Assembly: GCA_040954595.2 (NCBI GenBank)
Contig: CM082583.2
Coordinates: forward strand, 6,446,849 to 6,510,848
Direction of reading: 5' to 3'
Source of the DNA: Balanoglossus misakiensis
Taxonomy: Eukaryota; Animalia; Hemichordata
Length of the DNA: 64,000 nt
The notes under the pieces are model-generated. The model ran no database searches and was not told where the DNA came from. It saw nothing but the letters and a program-made list of their open reading frames with translations. Made by a program: the position numbers and the translations under genes. How positions within the stretch are numbered: the first letter of the stretch is position 1; each line of letters starts with the position of its first letter. This document shows positions 54,701-64,000 of the stretch, one piece after another.

Positions 54701-57700
54701 CCCATCCACCCACCCATCCATCCTCCCATCCATCCACCCATCCACCCATCCACCCACCCATCCACCCACCCATCCATCCACCCACCCACCCACCCACCCA
54801 TCCATCCACCCATCCACCCACCCATCCACCCATCCACCCATCCACCCACCCATCCACCCATCCACCCATCCATCCATCCATCCACCCATCCACCCATCCA
54901 CCCATCCATCCACCCATCCATCCATCCACCCATCCACCCATCCACCCATCCATCCACCCATCCACCCATCCATCCATCCACCCACCCATCCACCCATCCA
55001 TCCATCCACCCATCCACCCATCCATCCACCCATCCATCCATCCACCCATCCACCCATCCACCCATCCATCCACCCATCCACCCATCCATCCATCCACCCA
55101 TCCACCCATCCATCCATCCACCCATCCACCCATCCACCCATCCATCCACCCATCCACCCATCCACCCATCCATCCACCCATCCACCCACCCACCCATCCA
55201 TCCACCCATCCATCCACCCATCCATCCATCCACCCATCCACCCACCCATCCATCCACCCACCCATCCACCCATCCACCCACCCACCCATCCACCCATCCA
55301 TCCACCCACCCACAAACCCAACCACCCATCCACCCATCCATCCACCCATCCATCCATCCAGCCATCCACCCACCCATCCATCCACCCATCCACCCACCCA
55401 TCCATCCATCCATCCACCCATCCACCCATCCACCCATCCATCCACCCATCCACCCATCCATCCACCCACCCATCCATCCACCCATCCACCCATCCATCCA
55501 CCCATCCATCCACCCATCCACCCACCCATCCATCCACCCATCCACCCACCCATCCACCCATCCATCCACCCATCCACCCACCCATCCATCCACCCATCCA
55601 CCCACCCATCCACCCATCCATCCATCCACCCATCCACCCATCCACCCATCCATCCACCCATCCATCCACCCACCCACCCATCCACCCATCCATCCACCCA
55701 TCCACCCATCCATCCATCCACCCATCTATCCACCCACCCATCCATCCATCCACCCATCCACCCATCCATCCATCCACCCATCCACCCACCCATCCATCCA
55801 CCCATCCACCCACCCATCCATCCACCCATCCACCCATCCACCCACCCATCCATCCACCCATCCACCCATCCATCCACCCATCCATCCATCCACCCATCCA
55901 CCCACCCATCCATCCACCCATCCACCCACCCATCCATCCACCCATCCACCCATCCATCCATCCACCCATCCATCCATCCACCCATCCACCCACCCACCCA
56001 TCCACCCATCATTCATTCATTCATTCATCCATCCACCCATCCATCCACCCATCCACCCATCCATCCATCCACCCATCCACCCATCCATCCACCCATCCAC
56101 CCATCCATCCACCCATCCACCCATCCACCCATCCATCCACCCATCCATCCACCCATCCATCCACCCACCCATCCATCCACCCATCCACCCATCCATCCAT
56201 CCACCCATCCACCCACCCATCCATCCACCCATCCACCCACCCATCCATCCACCTATCCATCCACCCATCCACCCATCCATCCATCCATCCACCCATCCAT
56301 CCATCCACCCACCCACCCACCCATCCACCCACCCATCCACCCATCCATCCACCCATCCATCCATCCACCCATCCATCCACCCATCCATCCACCCATCCAC
56401 CCATATATCCACCCATCCACCCACCCATCCATCCACCCATCCATCCACCCATCCACCCATCCACCCACCCATCCACCCACCCATCCATCCACCCACCCAC
56501 CCACCCACCCACCCATCCATCCACCCATCCACCCATCCATCCATCCATCCATCCACCCATCCATCCACCCATCCACCCATCCATCCACCCATCCACCCAT
56601 CCATCCACCCATCCACCCATCCATCCACCCACCCATCCATCCACCCATCCACCCATCCATCCACCCACCCATCCATCCACCCATCCACCCATCCATCCAC
56701 CCATCCACCCACCCATCCATCCACCCATCCACCCATCCACCCATCCATCCACCCATCCATCCACCCATCCACCCACCCATCCATCCACCCATCCATCCAC
56801 CCATCCATCCACCCATCCACCCACCCACCCATCCATCCACCCATCCATCCATCCATCCACCCATCCATCCACCCATCCACCCACCCATCCATCCACCCAT
56901 CCACCCATCCACCCATCCATCCACCCATCCATCCACCCACCCATCCATCCACCCATCCACCCATCCACCCATCCACCCACCCATCCATCCACCCATCCAC
57001 CCACCCATCCATCCACCCATCCACCCATCCACCCACCCATCCATCCATCCACCCATCCATCCACCCATCCACCCACCCACCCATCCACCCATCCATCCAC
57101 CCATCCACCCATCCATCCACCCACCCATCCATCCACCCACCCATCCACCCATCCATCCACCCACCCATCCATCCACCCATCCACCCACCCATCCATCCAC
57201 CCATCCACCCACCCATCCATCCACCCATCCACGCATCCATCCACCCATCCACCCATCCATCCACCCATCCACCCACCCATCCATCCACCCATCCACCCAT
57301 CCACCCACCCATCCATCCACCCATCCATCCACCCATCCATCCAACCACCCATCCACCCACCCATCCATCCACCCATCCACCCACCCATCCATCCACCCAT
57401 CCACCCATCCACCCACCCACCCATCCACCCATCCACCCACCCATCCATCCACCCATCCACCCACCCATCCATCCACCCATCCATCCACCCATCCACCCAC
57501 CCATCCATCCACCCATCCACCCACCCATCCATCCACCCATCCACCCACCCACCCATCCATCCATCCATCCACCCATCCATCCACCCACCCATCCACCCAT
57601 CCATCTACCCATCCACCCATCCATCCACCCATCCACCCATCCATCCACCCACCCATCCATCCACCCATCCATCCACCCATCCATCCATCCACCCATCCAC

Positions 57701-59508
57701 CCACCCATCCATCCACCCATCCACCCATCCATCCACCCACCCATCCACCCATCCATCCACCCATCCACCCACCCATCCATCCACCCATCCACCCATCCAT
57801 CCACCCATCCATCCACCCACCCATCCACCCATCCATCCACCCATCCACCCACCCATCCATCCACCCATCCACCCACCCATCCATCCACCCATCCACCCAC
57901 CCACCCACCCATCCATCCATCCACCCATCCATCCACCCACCCATCCACCCATCCATCCACCCATCCACCCATCCACCCATCCATCCACCCATCCACCCAT
58001 CCATCCACCCACCCATCCATCCACCCATCCATCCACCCATCCATCCATCCACCCATCCACCCACCCATCCATCCACCCATCCACCCATCCATCCACCCAC
58101 CCATCCACCCACCCATCCACCCATCCATCCACCCATCCACCCACCCATCCATCCACCCATCCACCCATCCACCCATCCATCCACCCATCCATCCACCCAT
58201 CCACCCACCCATCCACCCATCCATCCACCCATCCACCCACCCACCCATCCATCCACCCATCCATCCATCCATCCACCCATCCATCCACCCATCCACCCAC
58301 CCATCCACCCATCCATCCACCCATCCACCCATCCATCCATCCATCCACCCACCCATCCATCCACCCATCCACCCATCCATCCACCCATCCATCCACCCAT
58401 CCATCCACCCATCCACCCATCCACCCATCCACCCACCCATCCATCCACCCATCCACCCACCCATCCATCCACCCATCCACCCATCCACCCACCCATCCAT
58501 CCACCCATCCATCCACCCACCCACCCATCCACCCATCCACCCATCCATCCACCCATCCACCCATCCATCCACCCACCCATCCATCCACCCACCCATCCAT
58601 CCACCCATCCACCCATCCATCCACCCACCCATCCATCCACCCATCCACCCATCCATCCACCCACCCATCCATCCACCCATCCAACCATCCACCCATCCAT
58701 CCACCCATCCATCCACCCATCCACCCACCCATCCACCCATCCATCCACCCATCCACCCATCCATCCACCCACCCATCCACCCATCCACCCACCCATCCAT
58801 CCACCCATCCACCCATCCATCCATCCACCCATCCATCCACCCATCCATCCACACATCCATCCATCCATCCATCCACCCATCCACCCATCCATCCACCCAT
58901 CCACCCACCCATCCATCCACCCATCCACCCATCCACCCACCCACCCATCCATCCACCCATCCACCCATCCACCCACCCATCCATCCACCCATCCATCCAC
59001 CCATCCACCCACCCATCCATCCACCCATCCATCCACCCATCCACCCATCCACCCACCCATCCATCCACCCATCCACCCACCTATCCATCCACCCATCCAC
59101 CCACCCATCCACCCATCCATCCACCCATCCACCCATCCATCCACCCATCCATCCACCCATCCACCCACCCATCCATCCACCCATCCACCCACCCATCCAT
59201 CCACCCATCCATCCACCCATCCACCCACCCATCCACCCATCCATCCATCCACCCATCCACCCATCCACCCATCCATCCTCCCATCCACCCATCCATCCAC
59301 CCACCCATCCATCCACCCATCCACCCATCCATCCACCCATCCATCCATCCACCCATCCACCCACCCATCCATCCACCCATCCACCCACCCATCCATCCAC
59401 CCATCCACCCACCCATCCATCCACCCACCCATCCATCCACCCATCCATCCACCCACCCATCCATCCATCCAACAATACAACAACACCCACCCACCCACTC
59501 ACTCACTC
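51737..59508. repeat. ~7.8 kb compound tetranucleotide satellite: (TTCG)n-(TTCA)n-(ATCC/ACCC)n, ending in (CACT)n
   Basis: (TTCG)n at ~51746-51797, (TTCA)n to ~51837, then interspersed ATCC/ACCC units to ~59470. (TTCA)n restarts at ~53966 and ~56009. Confidence 0.97.
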
Positions 59509-59742
59509 AAAGCTATTTTGTAAATGAACAAAAATGGAAATGAACCAATGGCACTGATACGAATGCCTAGGAGTTAAACTGTCAAACTCAGGCAAATTAT
59601 CAATCAGGCATAAACGCACATGCCATTAAATGCTTGTTTAAGTTTTACGACTAGGATGACGAACAACAGTATATTCGGAAAGATGTATCTGGATATGTTG
59701 CCTAGGGATTGCCATTTTGTTTAAATGATTACCAGGATAAAC

Positions 59743-59785
59743 TCAATTCAATTCAATTTATTCTACGCCGAAGGGCAGTTAGCCT
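59743..59785 (-). mobile_element. Possible 3' tail of a non-LTR retroelement or SINE
   Basis: Minus strand reads ...CCCTTCGGCGTAG AATAAA TTGAATTGAATTGA, i.e. a polyA signal followed by a short tandem tail as seen in CR1/L2-type 3' ends. No element body recognised. Confidence 0.25.
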
Positions 59786-61314
59786 ACATTTCAAAATCAC
59801 TGATTGAAATGCCCGATATCGATGTACCTTGTGTTTTTCCTGCTACTTACAGGAAATTGAAATAAAGTACGATTGGCTTGCTTTTACAAGAAGTCGTACA
59901 GATGGTTGAAAAATACATTTTTTTCAGAATGTAATGTCTTTCTTAAGCTTCCTCATTGAGTGTGCCCAATAATCAGAGTGTCACGGTTATATACAACAAA
60001 AACACACAGTTTACATGTTTACATGTAAATCAACGTACAATGTATATATTTCTTCTCTAACAAGATCAGTCTTTATTGTCAATCTGATGAATTTTAACAC
60101 AAGAAACCGAAGAGAACTTTGTTGTTTTTAGAAGTTATTAATCACAAGAATTCCATGTTGATAAATTAAGCTTTTTTCAACATACAAATGGTTTATTGCG
60201 ACTCGATGAAATAATTACGATATGGTCAAAACTACTCATAAGTAATATACTCAACACCTACCGATCAAAAGAATCGTTTTTTTTTCTTCAAAATACGGTC
60301 CAATAAATTTCTTTGACAAAAGGCAATCTCCGCGCAGGAAGTTTAAAGTTCACATAAGGTGAATGGGGTCCATTAACTTGTGCACGATAAATCTTTAATA
60401 CATAAAGTTATTTTTATAAACGGTCTGATACTTTTCTTTGACAAGTTTACTGTTGCTAGGAAAATAATAATCTCGGTCATTCTCTCCCAGTTGTTTAAAT
60501 TCATTTATCAAAGCCATGACGCCGTGAAATTGAAGGCTATTAGTATAGGCCTACCTGAAGTTCAGTTGACGCCAATAATTTTCTAAAACATTTGGTGAAG
60601 CCATGCAGGCCAAAGGGTATTAACGGAATTCAATTCACAGCAACATCGCACAATGGCAAAGTCATGATGCCATCAGTAATTTTATCAAATTTAGGATCGG
60701 TTTATACAATTATAATCTGAGTGGCAGATAGTTTTACTTTTTATTTGCTCTATCCAATTGTGTTATCGGTGTGACGAAACGTCGACAAGAGGAAGCAGCT
60801 ACAAGGGGAAACCGACAATCTAGTCTAAATTTTACACAATTATACATATGTCATCATCCGACAACACGTACACCCATTTCGGAAGACTGTCATATCGTAA
60901 AAAGCTCAATTTAGCCACACCGTTTGCTCATCAGTAGAAAGGAAATTAATTTCTGATTATATGGCCTGGTCAGTCAAGCCGACGACCCTATCTCTGGATT
61001 TATGACCTTCGCGTGATCCTTGCGAATCTGTTATGCAAACGAAGCCTATATGCCGTAACAGGGTGATGACCACAAGGGCTTACGAATGATAATAGAAGAC
61101 AGCCTCTAGTACAATGTATACTAAAGAGGCCGGTCGTTCGATATATCATCATTCTTCGCAGGCACCTGTGGTGTTGACAAGCCCTAGCATTGACTAGAAT
61201 GTGAGATCACACTCGGTGTTGATAAATGCTAGTTTGCGTCTCTTTCACCATAACCCATTGAATGTGTGTGATCCTTCACCGCCTCCACAATGCATAGAAC
61301 GGCTAGCTTCTCTT

Positions 61315-61501
61315 TAAAGGTATACAGTCAACTCCAATTTACATACGCCCATATATGGCTGAAATTGTGTATTTGAGCGTTCTAAAGAACATATGGTGGC
61401 GCTCCTTTTTCGCGTGTGCCACCCACTGAAAATCTGTGCTTGGCTAGATCTCACTTTGCCATGGTAACTATAGTTAATTTTCCGTAGGTGACAGTAAACC
61501 T
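61315..61501. mobile_element. Possible degenerate TTAA-type (Kolobok-like) MITE
   Basis: Left TTAA AGGTATACAGTCAAC; right GGTGACAGTAAACCT (reverse complement AGGTTTACTGTCACC, 12/15 match). The right-hand TTAA is not preserved. Confidence 0.35.
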
Positions 61502-63274
61502 GGAAGCGTAGGGGAAAACGTGATCATTCTCATCATCGATACATTGCGCATTTCGGATGACTGAAGACTTCGAGCCGATAAAGGTCAAATACTGCATACC
61601 CATTGGTTACATCATGACGACATGCCTTGGCCAGGCGCTATTTTTACTAAAGGGTGGCACCGGAGAGGGCGCACTTCGATTACTTGAGCTTGAACGAAAC
61701 ATTAACATTTTCCCCGATACCTTTAAACCCAACTATTCTCCGCGTTCGTCATCAGAATAACTTACAGTAATGACTACTGCTGTTGACTGGAGCGCATGAA
61801 CTACATCCCACTCGTTCTTTCCTTCTTTGCAGGGCTGGTGGATATTTGACGGCACACAGGAAATTACTTGCACCTCAGTGGGTCATTACGATCAGGGTGT
61901 GGAACTTGGAACATCTTAACGGATTGGTGTGGACAGCACCTTCAGAAACCTGTTTCCTCGAAGGCGTTGTAACATTCTCTGGGTAAGTTAATGTTACTAT
62001 TTTACTTTAAGAGAGGGCGAAGACAGAGCAACACACCTGTAATTTCGTTACTTTTCAATAGGAAACATTTTACTTAATCATTGTTGCCTTTCAGTAAAGC
62101 TGCCACAATCTTCTGTGAGCGACAAGAATTACGAGTGCCAAGAACCATAGCTGTGTGCTAACGTACCAAAAATGAAAGCGCGTACAACAGTACTGCTAAT
62201 CTCTCATTTGTAGTCACTGAAAGCAAATTTAGAACATTTCCTCGGTGCAAGTGTTTTCTCATTTCCATCCGGTTAGCAAATTTATGTTTGACATTTACGC
62301 CCTATTCATTTATTTCTGTGGATAAAGTAATACATTTCACGGCCTGTCTGTCATCGAGGTTTGCCTAAGTTACACAAGGCGCTTATAGTACGTGCCTTGA
62401 ACTGTCCAGTATGTTTATGCTGACGCCAAATTCGGAATATGCTATTAAGTTCGTATAAGCATATGGTTGCCATTGTTTATTTCGAATATAATCATATACT
62501 CGCCCTATAATCTGGCCAACTCCCAGCACACACACACACACATATATCACGAAAATAAACGCGATAATTATTTGATGCCTGTCTCTGTTGCTTCGAAATA
62601 CCATGGGTTTGATTTTCAAAACAATCTTCCAAAGGCACAGATGCCTGCGCAGTTTATCGCACTGTCCTTAAATTCTGCTTGTGTCGACATGACCGGGCAC
62701 ATGATGGGGAGGTGGTTGGTACACTCTGGCAAAATTTCAAGCCATGCTCCTGTGAATTCTTTGGTACGGTGCTGTGGCAATTCCGCCCCTACGACTAGAA
62801 TTAACGATTTGCAGCATTGTCGTTCTATTTTCCAGAGCTGGTCGAAGCACCGTGTTCGAGAAAAACAAACTCTCCGATCCCAAGAAGAACAGAGGAATAA
62901 AAAAATATCCAGTTAACACAACCCTCTGTAGTGTCGTAGCAACGGAACTACATTGCGCAATATGCCGGGACTTAACACGCGTTGATGGCCGTCGACACGC
63001 GTAAGATGTCGACACTTGTGAATCGATGAAAAACGAACGCGCTCTTACATTCACATCTATGTCAGTGTGACGGGCTGGCCTCAGCATGGTTGACGGGAAG
63101 GATTTTGAGCAGGATTACTGATGATCATGGGACTAATGCGGGTAGCACGAATTAAGAAGTGCATCCTCTTAGAGTCGACGTATCCGATCTCGCCAGGCCA
63201 CTGTTACAGAATACGCGCTTAAACTAGCATAGTCCTTTGTCGTCGAGAGAAACAGTCCACATAAAGCTTTCACC

Positions 63275-63796
63275 ATGGTGTCCACGCCTTCTGGACACGA
63301 TGTCGACGTCGACGATTATGAATATTCCAGCAACAGCTATAATTACAGTTACAACGGCACCGGCTTCGGTGAAATGCCAACGTTTGATGATGTCGCCTTG
63401 CTCAAGGTGGTTATTTGCTGCGTGATGATCTTCTTGTCGACGCTCGGCAACGTGGCTACTTTTACCACTCTGTACCGCATCCGCCGCAGAAAGTCGACGA
63501 TCAACACGTTGATACTGCACCTGGCCATCGCCGATTTGACGGTTACATACACGCTCATGCTGTCGAACGCCGTGTGGTACGGAACTGTGAAATGGCTAGG
63601 GGGAAACTTCCTATGTAAATTCGTCAAGTTCCTGGTCATGTTTGGGCTGTACTTGTCAACTTTTATCATGGTCGCCATTAGCGTTGATCGTTACATCGCC
63701 ATTATACATCCGCTGAGTCGAAACAGGGGTCCTCGACGAGTCCGCATCATGATCATCGTATCTTACATCGTTAGTGCACTTTTCAGTTTTCCTCAG
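63275..63796 (+). CDS. GnRH/corazonin/AKH receptor-family GPCR, first coding exon (N-terminus to TM4), probably corazonin-receptor type; gene continues beyond the window
   Basis: PTF motif before TM1, LGN, LILHLAIADL, WYGTVKWLGGNFLCKFVKFLVMFGLYLSTFIMVAISVDRY, SALFSFPQ, followed by the donor site cctcag|GTGAGT at the phase-0 intron position conserved in GnRH-type receptors (522 nt = 174 codons). Start context accATGG. Confidence 0.88.
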
Positions 63797-63967
63797 GTGA
63801 GTAGAGATGAGAATTGATTTCCCTTCAAATTGGATGACGTTGCTAATCGAAGCAAGACAATCCAACAATCTTCAACAATCTGTATCATTTAGAAGTTGAC
63901 GTATAATGGGTCCCGGTTATGAATATCGACCAGCACAGTGAGAGCTCATGGATCAGTTAACCTCCTT

Positions 63968-64000
63968 CTGTCTGTCTGTATGTCTGTCTGTCTGTCTGTC
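63968..64000. repeat. (TGTC)n microsatellite, intronic, running off the window
   Basis: ctgtctgtctgtatgtctgtctgtctgtctgtc. Confidence 0.85.

Noticed and set aside
51827-59506. Very long minus-strand ORFs (up to 1161 aa) of GWMD/GWVG repeats
   Set aside because: GGAT/GGGT tetramers contain no stop codon in any frame. All three frames are open with the same periodic peptide, so these are microsatellite artefacts.
63797-63817. ORF continuation VSRDEN-stop after PQ
   Set aside because: Read-through into the intron at a canonical GTGAGT donor, not a truncated receptor.

Overview
Eukaryotic, AT-rich and mostly intergenic DNA, most likely from a marine invertebrate deuterostome (hemichordate- or echinoderm-like; this is inferred from gene and repeat content). 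Genes: two intronless, tail-to-tail paralogous somatostatin/allatostatin-C-type GPCRs (13153-14832 +, 32228-33745 -) and the first coding exon of a GnRH/corazonin-type receptor (63275-63796 +, ending at the family's conserved PQ|GT intron). The most interesting object lies between the two SSTR-like genes: a compact (~1.85 kb), apparently intact Crypton-type tyrosine-recombinase element (~27895-29745). It has a 433-aa ORF with a full catalytic set, a near-perfect 181-bp 3' palindrome capped by a GCC-TTC-GGC mini-hairpin, and an internal site that is the reverse complement of its predicted circle junction (arm-6 bp-arm geometry, reminiscent of a DIRS internal complementary region). The window also holds a Harbinger-type MITE with a TAA TSD, other degenerate MITEs, and a ~7.8 kb compound (ATCC/ACCC)n microsatellite with ~2 kb higher-order structure whose long ORFs are artefacts.
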